From Bacillota bacterium (lineage in GTDB: Bacteria; Bacillota; Bacilli; Bacillales; Amphibacillaceae), in contig DATGUP010000013.1 in NCBI GenBank assembly GCA_035301265.1, positions 1,803 through 65,802 on the forward strand: DNA of 64,000 bases. Reading direction: 5' to 3'. The notes under the pieces were generated by a model. The model was given only the letters and a program-made list of their open reading frames with translations, ran no database searches and was not told the origin of the DNA. Positions 9,765-21,405 of this stretch are shown in pieces. A program made the translations under genes and the position numbers. Numbering within the stretch: position 1 is the first letter of the stretch; every line of letters begins with the position of its first letter.

Positions 9765-10904
9765 ATGCACTTTCAATTAACAGAAGAACAAGACATGTTG
9801 CGCAAAATGGTCCGCGATTTTGCTAAAAACGACGTCGAACCGACAGCGGCAGAACGCGATGAAGAAGAGCGATTTGATCGCGATCTATTCACGAAAATGG
9901 CAGAACTCGGTTTAACCGGCATTCCTTGGCCTGAAGCATACGGTGGAATTGGCGCGGATTACGTGAGCTATGTGATCGCTGTTGAGGAATTGTCGCGAGT
10001 CTGCGCTTCAACCGGTGTGACACTTTCAGCTCATTTATCACTTGCGAGCTGGCCTATCTATCAATACGGAACCGAAGCGCAGAAAAAACATTTCCTGTAC
10101 CGTCTTTCGACCGGTGATGCGCTTGGTGCCTATGCTTTATCTGAACCCGGATCGGGAAGCGATGCGGCAGCGATGAAAACCGTCGCCCAAAAGGAGGGGG
10201 ATGCTTACATTTTAAATGGTAATAAAGTGTGGATTACTAATGGCGGTGTGGCTGATATTTACATCGTGTTTGCCAAAACTGATCCCGACGCCAACCATAA
10301 AGGGATCAGCGCCTTCATTGTAGAAAAAGGAACCCCCGGTTTTACATTCGGCAAAAAAGAAAAGAAGCTCGGCATCCGCTCGTCGCCAACAACTGAACTC
10401 ATTTTTGAAAACTGCCGCGTGCCACAGGAAAACTTGTTAGGTGAAGAAGGCGAAGGTTTTAAAATTGCCATGTCTACATTGGACGGTGGCAGAAACGGCA
10501 TTGCTGCCCAAGCGCTTGGCATTGCACAAGGTGCGCTGGATGCTGCAATTCATTACGCGAAAGAGCGCGAGCAATTTGGAAAACCAATTGCTCACAATCA
10601 AGGCATCTCCTTTAAGCTCGCTGACATGGCAACGGAAGTCGAAGCCGCGCGTTTATTAACCTACCAAGCGGCTTGGCTCGAATCCAATGGTGAGCCGTAT
10701 GGCAAGGCTTCGGCGATGTCAAAACTGTTCGCAAGCGATGTTGCAATGCGTGTTACTACCGAGGCTGTTCAAGTGTTCGGCGGTTACGGTTATACGAAAG
10801 ATTATCCCGTCGAGCGGTATATGCGCGATGCTAAAATTACGCAAATCTATGAAGGAACAAACGAGATCCAACGCCTTGTTATCGGGCGCATGCTGACAAA
10901 ATAG
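9765..10904 (+). CDS. Acyl-CoA dehydrogenase (second tandem paralogue, AcdA/MmgC-like)
   Basis: ATG 9765 after AAAGGAG, 379 aa, ACAD signatures ([19 protein letters not shown]). Confidence 0.9.
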   Translation: MHFQLTEEQDMLRKMVRDFAKNDVEPTAAERDEEERFDRDLFTKMAELGLTGIPWPEAYGGIGADYVSYVIAVEELSRVCASTGVTLSAHLSLASWPIYQYGTEAQKKHFLYRLSTGDALGAYALSEPGSGSDAAAMKTVAQKEGDAYILNGNKVWITNGGVADIYIVFAKTDPDANHKGISAFIVEKGTPGFTFGKKEKKLGIRSSPTTELIFENCRVPQENLLGEEGEGFKIAMSTLDGGRNGIAAQALGIAQGALDAAIHYAKEREQFGKPIAHNQGISFKLADMATEVEAARLLTYQAAWLESNGEPYGKASAMSKLFASDVAMRVTTEAVQVFGGYGYTKDYPVERYMRDAKITQIYEGTNEIQRLVIGRMLTK

Positions 10905-10962
10905 GTGGCTTGATCATTCGCCCGACCAACTGAGGCATCTCGGATGCTAAAGGAGGATACCG

Positions 10963-11901
10963 ATGCACCCTCTCGCTGAACGGATTAAGCAAAAAGATAT
11001 ACGCGCGCTCGCCCAAGCGATTACTTTAGTGGAAAATGACGATCCGGATAAACTGGCGCTGATGAGCGATGTCTTTTCGTTCAAGAAGCAATCCCGTCTT
11101 GTCGGCATAACTGGCTCACCGGGTGCTGGTAAAAGCTCGCTCGTCAATCAGCTCATTACTCATATCCGGTCTAAAGGTCAAACCGTTGCCGTCATCGCTG
11201 TTGACCCGACAAGTCCGTTCAGCGGTGGGGCACTGCTTGGAGATCGCGTTCGTATGGATGAACATTTTACTGACGAAGGTGTTTTTATCCGCAGTATGGC
11301 AACGCGCGGCAGTCTCGGCGGCCTTGCACGAGCTACGAAAGATGCGCTCCGGCTCTGTGAAGCGTGCGGGTTTGATGTCGTGATTGTAGAAACCGTCGGC
11401 GTTGGCCAGTCTGAACTTGACATTATGAAAGTCGTCGATACAACCGTCGTTGTCATGACGCCAAATAGCGGAGATGTTTTGCAAATCTTTAAAGCGGGCA
11501 TCATGGAAATTGCTGATTTATTCGTTATCAATAAAGCTGATCTTCCCGGATTTGGTAAACTAAAGGCGCTTCTGAAAGAACTCGTCATGATCAGTGCAAC
11601 AGATGGTTACCAGACGGCCATTGTTAAAACAATCGCCACGGAAAATAAAGGGATTGACAAACTGTGGCAGGCGATAGAAGATCACCGTACTTACTTATAC
11701 TCCACCGCAGCCGGTCAAAGTCAACGTCAACAAAGAAAGCTACAAGAAGTGATGGAACTGATCCGAGAAGAAATTTGGTTTGACGTTAGAGCATTTATCA
11801 ATTCGCGCGATGATGTAATCATTGAAGCAACGAGCGATCCGTATCAGTTAGCCAAAGATTGGTTAGAAAAATGGCGAAGGGAAGGAGGCCCGCACAGATG
11901 A
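10963..11901 (+). CDS. meaB: MeaB/ArgK-type G3E GTPase (mutase metallochaperone)
   Basis: 312 aa with P-loop GSPGAGKSS and the NKAD motif. SD AAAGGAGG. Confidence 0.88.
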   Translation: MHPLAERIKQKDIRALAQAITLVENDDPDKLALMSDVFSFKKQSRLVGITGSPGAGKSSLVNQLITHIRSKGQTVAVIAVDPTSPFSGGALLGDRVRMDEHFTDEGVFIRSMATRGSLGGLARATKDALRLCEACGFDVVIVETVGVGQSELDIMKVVDTTVVVMTPNSGDVLQIFKAGIMEIADLFVINKADLPGFGKLKALLKELVMISATDGYQTAIVKTIATENKGIDKLWQAIEDHRTYLYSTAAGQSQRQQRKLQEVMELIREEIWFDVRAFINSRDDVIIEATSDPYQLAKDWLEKWRREGGPHR

Positions 11902-12518
11902 ATCAGGAGCAAATCGTATCGTCGGTTAAAGATATGGAACTCGTGCAAAAACGCCGCCAGCAAATGATTAAAGCAGCGATTCAGCTGTTTAAAGAAAAAG
12001 GTTTTCACCGGACAACGACGCGAGAAATAGCAAAGGAGGCGGGTTTTAGCATCGGTACCCTTTATGAATATATCCGCACTAAGGAAGACGTTCTGTTTTT
12101 AGTGTGTGAATCGATTTATGAACAGGTGTATAAACGGTTGGAAGCGACGATTGATTTGGAAAATCCATCCGTTGGCCATCTGCTTGACGTTGTTGAAGCG
12201 TATTTTCGACATATGGATGATATGCAAGAAGAAGTCGTCATTATGTACCAAGAAGTCAAATCGCTTAAAAATGATACAAAAGAACAAATCTTGCAAAAAG
12301 AACATGAGATGGTCGGCATGTTAGAGCGGGTGATTGTCGCTTGTCTTTCCGATACGATACCCCGTGTGGATGCGCAACTGATGGCAAATAACATTTTTGT
12401 GCAAGGTCAGATGTGGGGATTTCGGCGTTGGATGTTACAAAAACAGTTTTCATTAGATGATTATATTCATAGGCAAATTCAGTTTATCAAAAATGGGCTT
12501 GGTATAAAGAAAGATTAA
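11898..12518 (+). CDS. TetR/AcrR family transcriptional regulator
   Basis: I prefer ATG 11898, which overlaps the meaB stop (ATGA) and follows GGAAGGAGG. 206 aa with an N-terminal HTH ([24 protein letters not shown]). Confidence 0.85.
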   Translation: MNQEQIVSSVKDMELVQKRRQQMIKAAIQLFKEKGFHRTTTREIAKEAGFSIGTLYEYIRTKEDVLFLVCESIYEQVYKRLEATIDLENPSVGHLLDVVEAYFRHMDDMQEEVVIMYQEVKSLKNDTKEQILQKEHEMVGMLERVIVACLSDTIPRVDAQLMANNIFVQGQMWGFRRWMLQKQFSLDDYIHRQIQFIKNGLGIKKD

Positions 12519-12543
12519 TAATCATACAATGGGGGGTCTATCA

Positions 12544-15500
12544 ATGAAACAAGTAGAAATTTATCGTCCGACACATCCGGTTCGGTTTGTCAGTGCATCG
12601 AGTTTGTTTGATGGTCATGACGCATCGATCAACATTATGCGGCGCATTCTTCAATCCAGCGGAGCGGAAGTGATTCATCTCGGCCACAACCGCTCCGTTG
12701 AAGAAGTTGTTTACGCCGCCATTCAGGAAGATGCCCAAGGGATCGCTGTTTCTTCCTATCAAGGCGGCCATATTGAATATTTTAAATATATGATTGACCT
12801 TTTGCAAGAACTGGGTGCTGGTCATATCAAAGTCTTTGGTGGTGGCGGCGGGGTTATTATCCCGAGGGAAATAAAGGAACTGCACGATTACGGTGTCTCC
12901 CGTATATTTTCACCAGAGGACGGTCGCAACATGGGCTTGCAAGGTATGATCAATCTCATGCTTGAAGAATGCGACTATATGCCACCTAAACATTTAGAAC
13001 AAAATAAGCAAAAGTTAGCAACAGGTGATCGTCAGGCGATTGCGCGTCTGATTACCTATGTGGAAAACAGCGATGACTCAGAAGAGAAAGCAGATTTATT
13101 GCGATCATTACAGGCAGAGTCCAACCACGCACCGGTACTTGGTATTACCGGTACGGGCGGCTCTGGAAAAAGCTCGCTTACCGATGAATTAGTACGGCGT
13201 TTCATCAACGAGATTCCCGATAAAAAAATCGCCATCCTTTCGATTGATCCGACAAAAAGAAAAACAGGCGGCGCACTTCTTGGCGACCGGATTCGCATGA
13301 ACGCTATTTTTACCGACCGCGTTTACATGCGTTCACTCGCCACAAGGGATTCCCGCGATGAGTTATCTAAGGCCATCCGCGATGTGCTTGACATTGTGCG
13401 AGCAGCTGGATTTGATTTTATTATCGTGGAAACGAGCGGCATCGGCCAGGGGGATGCAGCGGTTACCGACGTGACCGATTTATCGATGTATGTGATGACG
13501 GCTGAATACGGGGCACCGACGCAGCTTGAGAAGATCGACATGATCGATTTTGCCGATTTTATCGTCATCAATAAATTTGAGCAAAAAGGGTCTGAAGATG
13601 CGTTAAACCAAGTACGTAAACAGTATGAACGCAGCCGCATGTTATTCGGGCAAGATAAAGAAACATTCCCTGTTTTTGGGACCATCGCTAGCCAGTTTAA
13701 TGATGCAGGGACGAATGCGCTCTTTGCTGCAATCATCGACACATTGAATGAGCGGTACGGGTGGGATGAGCAGGTCGATTTTAACCGACATGCCATATCT
13801 CAAAAACAAAACTTGATCATCCCAAACGAACGCCGTCATTATTTACGCGAAATCGCTCAACATGTACGCAATTACCATAAACAGACCGAGAAGCAGAGTG
13901 AAATCGCGCGTAAACTTTACCAATTAAAAGGGGCAAAAGCCGTTACTAAGGATGAAGCAGTCGCTGACGCACTGGAACAGATGATCGACGCATACGAACA
14001 AAAACTCGATCCACAAGCGAAAAAATTACTTCATTCCTGGGATGACATGCAGGAAAAATATGCTCAAGATAAAATGGTGTATAAAGTGCGCGATAAAGAC
14101 ATCGAAGTGGATGTCAAAACCGAAACGCTTGCTGGATTGAAAGTGCCTAAAGTGGCGTTTCCAACGTATATGGACTGGGGCGAGCGACTCCGCTGGCTTA
14201 TGAAAGAGAATGTGCCAGGCGCTTTTCCATTTACCGCTGGTGTCTATCCGTTTAAACGCGAAGGCGAAGAGCCGACACGTCAGTTTGCCGGCGAAGGCAC
14301 ACCGGAGCGGACGAATCGCCGTTTTCACTACTTATCAAAAGACTCTGAAGCTAAACGCCTCTCTACAGCATTTGATTCGGTCACATTGTATGGCGAAGAC
14401 CCGGATTATCGGCCGGATATTTATGGGAAAATTGGCGAAAGCGGCGTGAATGTATGCACCCTTGATGATATGAAAAAGTTGTATGACGGATTTGATTTGA
14501 CGAGTCCGAAAACATCGGTATCGATGACGATCAACGGTCCGGCGCCGATTATATTAGCGATGTTTTTAAATACAGCCATTGATCAACAAGTGGACCGTTT
14601 CAAAGAAGAACACGGGCGCGAGCCAAGCGATGATGAATATGCCAAGATTAAAGCGGAAACGCTCTCGGTTGTGCGCGGAACGGTGCAGGCGGATATTTTG
14701 AAAGAAGACCAGGGGCAAAACACGTGCATATTCTCAACTGAATTTGCCTTACGCATGATGGGGGATATCCAAGAGTATTTCATTGCCAATGACGTACGCA
14801 ATTATTATTCGGTATCCATTTCCGGTTACCATATCGCCGAAGCTGGCGCCAATCCGATAACGCAGCTTGCCTTTACGCTCGCCAATGGGTTTACGTATGT
14901 GGAATATTACTTAAGCCGAGGGATGGATATTAACGAATTTGCTCCTAATTTATCATTCTTTTTCTCCAATGGTCTCGATCCGGAGTATACGGTGATCGGT
15001 CGGGTGGCTCGGCGCATTTGGGCGATTGTCATGCGCGATAAATACGGAGCAAACGAACGGAGCCAAAAATTGAAATACCATATCCAGACGTCCGGTCGTT
15101 CACTGCACGCACAGGAAATTGACTTTAACGATATTCGCACGACGTTGCAGGCGCTGCTGGCGATTCAGGACAACTGCAATTCCTTGCATACAAACGCCTA
15201 CGACGAAGCGATTACGACCCCGACAGAAGAGTCGGTCCGCCGGGCAATGGCGATTCAAATGATCATCAACAAGGAATTCGGCTTGATGAAAAATGAAAAT
15301 GCTCTGCAAGGCTCGTTTATCGTAGAGGAATTAACCGATCTTGTCGAAGAAGCCGTCTTGCAGGAATTTGAGCGGATGAATGACCGCGGCGGTGTGCTCG
15401 GCGCCATGGAGCGTCAGTATCAGCGCAACAAGATACAAGAAGAGTCGCTCTACTACGAAGGCAAAAAGCATTCGGGCGAGCTGCCGATTATCGGTGTCAA

Positions 15501-15780
15501 TACGTATTTGAATCCGAACCCGCCGTCTGAGGAAGAAATTGATTCGATGGAGCTGGCCCGCGCAACTCGAGAAGAAAAAGAACATCAAATTAAAGAGCTA
15601 CGCAAATTCCAAGAAAGAAACAAGGCGCACGCTGACGAGGCATTGAAACGGCTCAAAGAAGTCGCTACATCAGGCGGCAACATTTTCGCGGAACTGATGG
15701 AAACCGTCAAAGTCGCAAGCCTCGGACAAATTACGAATGCGCTGTATGAAGTCGGCGGCCAGTACCGGAGAAATATGTAA
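12544..15780 (+). CDS. icmF: Fused isobutyryl-CoA mutase IcmF (B12-binding domain + MeaB-like GTPase + mutase catalytic domain)
   Basis: 1078 aa counted from ATG 12544. It has the N-terminal B12 motif DGHDAS (DxHxxG), the central P-loop GTGGSGKSS with NKFE, and a large C-terminal acyl-CoA mutase domain. This architecture matches the characterised Geobacillus IcmF. Confidence 0.9.
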   Translation: MKQVEIYRPTHPVRFVSASSLFDGHDASINIMRRILQSSGAEVIHLGHNRSVEEVVYAAIQEDAQGIAVSSYQGGHIEYFKYMIDLLQELGAGHIKVFGGGGGVIIPREIKELHDYGVSRIFSPEDGRNMGLQGMINLMLEECDYMPPKHLEQNKQKLATGDRQAIARLITYVENSDDSEEKADLLRSLQAESNHAPVLGITGTGGSGKSSLTDELVRRFINEIPDKKIAILSIDPTKRKTGGALLGDRIRMNAIFTDRVYMRSLATRDSRDELSKAIRDVLDIVRAAGFDFIIVETSGIGQGDAAVTDVTDLSMYVMTAEYGAPTQLEKIDMIDFADFIVINKFEQKGSEDALNQVRKQYERSRMLFGQDKETFPVFGTIASQFNDAGTNALFAAIIDTLNERYGWDEQVDFNRHAISQKQNLIIPNERRHYLREIAQHVRNYHKQTEKQSEIARKLYQLKGAKAVTKDEAVADALEQMIDAYEQKLDPQAKKLLHSWDDMQEKYAQDKMVYKVRDKDIEVDVKTETLAGLKVPKVAFPTYMDWGERLRWLMKENVPGAFPFTAGVYPFKREGEEPTRQFAGEGTPERTNRRFHYLSKDSEAKRLSTAFDSVTLYGEDPDYRPDIYGKIGESGVNVCTLDDMKKLYDGFDLTSPKTSVSMTINGPAPIILAMFLNTAIDQQVDRFKEEHGREPSDDEYAKIKAETLSVVRGTVQADILKEDQGQNTCIFSTEFALRMMGDIQEYFIANDVRNYYSVSISGYHIAEAGANPITQLAFTLANGFTYVEYYLSRGMDINEFAPNLSFFFSNGLDPEYTVIGRVARRIWAIVMRDKYGANERSQKLKYHIQTSGRSLHAQEIDFNDIRTTLQALLAIQDNCNSLHTNAYDEAITTPTEESVRRAMAIQMIINKEFGLMKNENALQGSFIVEELTDLVEEAVLQEFERMNDRGGVLGAMERQYQRNKIQEESLYYEGKKHSGELPIIGVNTYLNPNPPSEEEIDSMELARATREEKEHQIKELRKFQERNKAHADEALKRLKEVATSGGNIFAELMETVKVASLGQITNALYEVGGQYRRNM

Positions 15781-15850
15781 GATGAAAGAAAAGATTTCAG
15801 GCGAGGTTGTGTTTGCGGGATGTGTGTTTATAAATTCATCTCATGCAAAA

Positions 15851-15881
15851 GGAAGTTTCGCTATTTCATACCGAAACTTCC
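15851..15881. terminator. Bidirectional hairpin between the convergent icmF and GNAT genes (GGAAGTTTCG-11 nt-CGAAACTTCC)
   Basis: Perfect 10-bp stem, with a T-run on the minus-strand side (ttttgc). Confidence 0.65.
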
Positions 15882-15898
15882 TTCTCGATTAAATCACA

Positions 15899-16387
15899 TC
15901 ATTTATAAAAATGATCATTCGTAATCGGTCGCCAATAACGCTTGCTTTGACTTTTCCGTCGGAAGCCGCGTGCTTCGTAAAAAGGGATGCCGAGTTTATT
16001 GCCTTCTTCCACAGATGCACATTGGTCAGTGGCGCCTCTTTCTAAATGATTTTTTGTCAGTGCATGTAAAAGTTTTGTGCCGATCCCTTTGTACCTGTAC
16101 TCATCATCAACATAAAAAACATAAATGTGACTAACACCTTGATTAGTCACGACGCCCCCAATCGTCCCCGCGATTATTTGATCTGCTATGGCGACGTAAG
16201 TATATATCCCTTTATCAATATCTTCTAAAACGCGCTTGTGGTTGTACCAATATTGTACATTTTGCGTTTGGTACGCCTCACTATATTTGCCTTGAACGGT
16301 TTGGCGCCAGCCTGTTGAACAAATTCGAGCAATATCTTTGGCATGTTCTGGCGCTGCTTGAATGATTGAAATATTCATGTGTCCCAT
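15899..16387 (-). CDS. GNAT family N-acetyltransferase
   Basis: 162 aa with a typical GNAT core (YVDDEYRYKGIGTKLLHAL...FYEARGF). Confidence 0.8.
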   Translation of the reverse strand: MGHMNISIIQAAPEHAKDIARICSTGWRQTVQGKYSEAYQTQNVQYWYNHKRVLEDIDKGIYTYVAIADQIIAGTIGGVVTNQGVSHIYVFYVDDEYRYKGIGTKLLHALTKNHLERGATDQCASVEEGNKLGIPFYEARGFRRKSQSKRYWRPITNDHFYK

Positions 16388-16413
16388 CCCCTTTGCCTAA
16401 AGCATCTTTGCAA

Positions 16414-16776
16414 CTAAGTGGGTTGCACGACCCAAATGCGGTAGCCATCTGGATCGGCAATCACGGCTTCGATCACACCCCACTCTCGTTTAACCGGTTC
16501 TTGGATGATCGTGCCATCTGCATGTTTAACGGCGGTGACACACGCTATCAGATCACCAACCATCAGCTCGATCACGATGCCTGTCTCAACCGGTTCCGGC
16601 TTATCAATTGTATGCAGCATAACGGACGTCTCATCACCGATGGTGAACCAAGCCATGCTGCCTTCGATATAGTCCAGAGATAAGCCGAGTACATTTTGGT
16701 AAAAGTCGATGGATCGTTCCATCTTTTTCACCGGAATAATAATAGTGTTTAATTTCTTAACCGTAAAATGCGTCAT
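16414..16776 (-). CDS. VOC/glyoxalase-bleomycin resistance family protein
   Basis: 120 aa with a glyoxalase-fold pattern (IIPVKKMERSIDFYQNVLGL..., DPDGYRIWVVQ). Confidence 0.8.
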   Translation of the reverse strand: MTHFTVKKLNTIIIPVKKMERSIDFYQNVLGLSLDYIEGSMAWFTIGDETSVMLHTIDKPEPVETGIVIELMVGDLIACVTAVKHADGTIIQEPVKREWGVIEAVIADPDGYRIWVVQPT

Positions 16777-16827
16777 CCATTATCACCTCCTCAATTGTCC
16801 ATATCGTCTTAGTCAGAAACATCCCCT

Positions 16828-17116
16828 CTATGTTAAAAAACCTTCCAACACCCCCAACATTTTTTTAATTTCATCTCGATTAATGGAAAAATATTTTGTA
16901 TTTCCCGCTTGGCAAATCGATACAAGTTTCGCCCGATGCAGCTGGTTCAGATGACGGGAAACGATGCTTTGCGTCATCGACTATTTGCCGGGCAAACATT
17001 TCCCCATAAATTGTTAGGAGATGGAGAATTTGTAAACACATGCGGTCGCCGAGTCCTTCAAATGCTGGGGAAATAAGCTCAAGGTTTTCCATCACAGTCT
17101 GTGCTGGCTTTTCCAT
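16828..17116 (-). pseudogene. ArsR/SmtB family regulator with a frameshift near 16975..16985
   Basis: The first frame gives MEKPAQ...AFEGLGDRMCLQILHLLTIYGEMFARQIVD. The rest of the wHTH (MTQSIVSRHLNQLHRAKLVSICQAGNTKYFSINRDEIKKMLGVLEGFLT*) continues in another frame and ends at 16828. The start codon is uncertain. Confidence 0.55.
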
Positions 17117-17440
17117 AGGTGCCACTTCATCAATTATGCAAATCTCGAATATGCCCATATTGAAAAATATAGATGCAAATTGTCTATAGGTCAATGTTTA
17201 TTTTATTTTTCAGAATACAATTGCCTTAACTGATATGCGAAGTCGTATCGCGATTTAAATGTTTTGGCTGAAGGATTCGTTATTAAAGCAAAAAGACCGA
17301 CGACATTTTTTAATTAATTTGCTGGCATACTTGTCTGCCGTTTGTTTATAATGAATGATACGGTTAAAGACGTATGTGCTATCGATACAATTAAGGCAAA
17401 AAGCGCCTGCATTATATGACAAAAAGGGAGTGCGTTTACC

Positions 17441-17887
17441 GTGAGCTTGGAAAATTACAGCTACGAAGAAATCAAGAAGATCTCCATGATCGATTTGGCT
17501 ATGATGATCATGGAAGAAAACAAGGAAGCGATGCATTTTAAAGATGTATTTGAGCGTCTGGCGGAGTTAAAAAGGTACTCAGAAGAACAAAAAAACGAGT
17601 ATTTAGACCAATTTTATACAGATTTAAATTTTGATGGCCGTTTTCTAACGATCGGCTCGAATATGTGGGGATTGAAACGTTGGTATCCAGTCGAACAAAT
17701 TGATGAAGTGGTGAGCAATGAAACGCGCAAGAAGAAAAAGAAAAAGGCAGCGCCGGAGATGGAAGAGACAACGTTTTCCGAAAATGATTTGGATTCCATT
17801 GATGATGAAATCGACCAATTGACCGATGATGACGATTACGCGGATTATTCCTTAGGTTATGGTGATGATCTTGAAGATGATGAATGA
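17441..17887 (+). CDS. rpoE: DNA-directed RNA polymerase delta subunit
   Basis: GTG start after AAGGGAG. The N-terminal HARE-HTH domain (SMIDLAMMIMEE..., FYTDLNFDGRFL) is followed by a long acidic C-terminal tail. Synteny with pyrG supports the call. Confidence 0.93.
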   Translation: MSLENYSYEEIKKISMIDLAMMIMEENKEAMHFKDVFERLAELKRYSEEQKNEYLDQFYTDLNFDGRFLTIGSNMWGLKRWYPVEQIDEVVSNETRKKKKKKAAPEMEETTFSENDLDSIDDEIDQLTDDDDYADYSLGYGDDLEDDE

Positions 17888-17893
17888 TCATTC

Positions 17894-17935
17894 TTGACTT
17901 TTGTCCATCATATGCGTAAAATCTTTACTGGGCTC
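17894..17935 (+). promoter_or_regulatory. pyrG sigma-A promoter (TTGACT-17-TAAAAT) and GGGCTC initially transcribed sequence
   Basis: -35 at 17894..17899, -10 at 17917..17922, GGGCTC at 17930..17935. The palindrome TGAATGATCATTC abuts the -35 at 17881..17893. Confidence 0.8.
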
Positions 17936-17955
17936 ATTAATACCGTAAGTGGACA

Positions 17956-17995
17956 GCGCTCCCTGTCATAAAAGGGGGCGCTTTTCTTGTTTTGT
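17956..17995 (+). terminator. pyrG leader attenuator (intrinsic terminator GCGCUCCCU / AGGGGGCGC plus U tract)
   Basis: Stem at 17956..17964 / 17973..17981 followed by ttttcttgtttt. The C/U-rich 5' arm is the target for the poly-G leader in the B. subtilis reiterative-transcription mechanism. Confidence 0.8.
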
Positions 17996-18081
17996 CGTGT
18001 AATCGTCTATGCGCTAGGTAACAATAAAAAGCATCAACCACATATTATGAAAAATCAACGATATAGAAGGTAGAGGGATGA

Positions 18082-19701
<1,620 letters not shown>

Positions 19702-19708
19702 CAAAATG

Positions 19709-19735
19709 CCCCCGAAAACGGTCGGGGGTTTTTTT
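19709..19735 (+). terminator. Intrinsic terminator after pyrG (CCCCCGA-6 nt-TCGGGGG + T7)
   Basis: Read directly. Confidence 0.9.
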
Positions 19736-19876
19736 GGGTAGCCATGCGGAATGCCATCGTTACGGAGATTGGTAGGAGAGGCGTGTTTGGAAAGATAATT
19801 TTCACCTGAGTCGGTACTATTTTCAATACAAATGCAATGTATCGCACATTTTGGAGAAAAATGTTCTCTAAAAAGA

Positions 19877-19927
19877 AGGATTTTTGTAAATTGGAGCGAA
19901 TAAAGATGGTATAATACAATTGACGAA
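19877..19927 (+). promoter_or_regulatory. spo0F control region: sigma-H-like promoter (AGGATTT-12-GCGAAT), extended -10 sigma-A element TGGTATAAT, and a 0A-box-like TGACGAA
   Basis: AGGATTT at 19877..19883, GCGAAT at 19896..19901, TGGTATAAT at 19907..19915, TGACGAA at 19921..19927 (matches TGNCGAA). Confidence 0.5.
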
Positions 19928-19944
19928 CGGGGATGATTTGTTAG

Positions 19945-20307
19945 ATGAATAAAGAAATATTAGTGGTGGATGACCAACCGGGGATACAGCTGTTGTTAAA
20001 AGACGTTTTAATAAATGAAGGCTATAATGTAACAACGGCTAAGACAGGACAAGAAGCGCTCGACCACCTTTATCGTCATCCGTTTGATCTGATCATTTTG
20101 GATTATAGACTGCCTGTTATTGATGGAGCACAAGTGTTAAAACAGTTGGAAATGGACGGTATCCATATCCCGTCGATATTAATGAGTGGATTAATCGAAG
20201 GTTTAGAAATCGACATGAAAAGTTATCGTTTCGTTAAGGAAGTCGTCGCTAAACCGTTTAATGTGCTTGAATTTTGCGAGATGGTCAAATCGATCCTAGA
20301 TTCATAA
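19945..20307 (+). CDS. spo0F: Single-domain response regulator, sporulation phosphorelay protein Spo0F
   Basis: 120-aa receiver-only protein (DD at 10-11, phospho-acceptor Asp in DLIILDY, KPF). It sits between pyrG and fbaA exactly as B. subtilis spo0F does. Confidence 0.75.
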   Translation: MNKEILVVDDQPGIQLLLKDVLINEGYNVTTAKTGQEALDHLYRHPFDLIILDYRLPVIDGAQVLKQLEMDGIHIPSILMSGLIEGLEIDMKSYRFVKEVVAKPFNVLEFCEMVKSILDS

Positions 20308-20453
20308 ATATTTTACTTTATACATATATTATTTTTTGCCCGTTATAAATGACACATTTTGTTGCGACTTTTGTTTCAAATTGGTATTCTTGTACTGTAA
20401 ATAGATGATAGGTAGACTTTTTTTGCGTCTACTGAAGGAGGAAGCAGGAAAGA

Positions 20454-21317
20454 ATGCCATTGGAATCAATGAAAGACATGCTTGAAAAAGCTAAAGCAAA
20501 TGGCTATGCGGTCGGCCAATTCAACATAAACAATCTGGAGTATGCCCAAGCCATTCTCGAGGCAGCCGAAGAGGAGAAATCCCCGGTTATACTCGGCGTC
20601 TCCGAAGGGGCCGGACGTTATATGGGTGGTTTTAAAGTTGTCGTAGCTATGGTTAAAGCGTTGATGGAAGAAAAAAATATAACCGTCCCCGTAGCGATCC
20701 ACCTTGATCACGGCTCCAGTTTCGAATCGTGTGCTCGAGCGATCCAAGCAGGCTTTACGTCGGTGATGATCGATGCCTCAGCTGAACCTTTAGAGGACAA
20801 TATTGCTTTAACCAAAAAGGTAGTTGAACTAGCCCATATCCACGGTGTTTCCGTTGAGGCAGAGCTCGGCCGAGTCGGCGGTCAAGAAGATGATTTAATC
20901 GTTGAGGATGCAGAGCAAGCATATGCCATTCCTGACGAATGTGAAAAACTTGTCAAAGAAACAAATGTCGATTGTTTTGCTCCGGCACTCGGCTCGGTTC
21001 ATGGGCCATACAAAGGCGAGCCGAATTTGGGCTTTGACCGAATGGAAGAAATCAAGACTTTGACAGGTGTTCCGCTCGTCCTACACGGGGGTACTGGGCT
21101 TCCGTCTGAAGATATTCAACGGGCGATTTCGCTAGGGACAGCCAAAATCAACGTTAATACAGAAAATCAAATGGCGCAGGCGAAAAAAGTTCGCGACGTG
21201 TTAAAGGAACAACCTGACTTGTATGACCCGCGCAAATACCTCGGTCCAGGCCGTGATGCGATTAAAGAAACAGTCATCAGTAAAATGCGGGAATTCGGTT
21301 CATCTAATAAAGCATAG
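20454..21317 (+). CDS. fbaA: Class II fructose-1,6-bisphosphate aldolase
   Basis: 287 aa with the conserved HLDHG and LVLHGG(T/S)G motifs. Confidence 0.96.
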   Translation: MPLESMKDMLEKAKANGYAVGQFNINNLEYAQAILEAAEEEKSPVILGVSEGAGRYMGGFKVVVAMVKALMEEKNITVPVAIHLDHGSSFESCARAIQAGFTSVMIDASAEPLEDNIALTKKVVELAHIHGVSVEAELGRVGGQEDDLIVEDAEQAYAIPDECEKLVKETNVDCFAPALGSVHGPYKGEPNLGFDRMEEIKTLTGVPLVLHGGTGLPSEDIQRAISLGTAKINVNTENQMAQAKKVRDVLKEQPDLYDPRKYLGPGRDAIKETVISKMREFGSSNKA

Positions 21318-21334
21318 GGATCAATCATCAGGGG

Positions 21335-21360
21335 GAAAACCGGATAGCCATCCGGTTTTC
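21335..21360 (+). terminator. Hairpin after fbaA (GAAAACCGGAT-4 nt-ATCCGGTTTTC)
   Basis: 11-bp perfect stem. The T tract is short, so it may be a partial terminator. Confidence 0.6.
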
Positions 21361-21405
21361 AACCTTCTTTATACCATTAAGGCAAAGGATGGAGGCGATG
21401 ACGCG

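Noticed and set aside
21223-21405. N-terminal extension of tal in the track ORF
   Set aside because: It overlaps the fbaA 3' end and its terminator hairpin. The conserved transaldolase N-terminus MKFYIDTAN starts at 21406.
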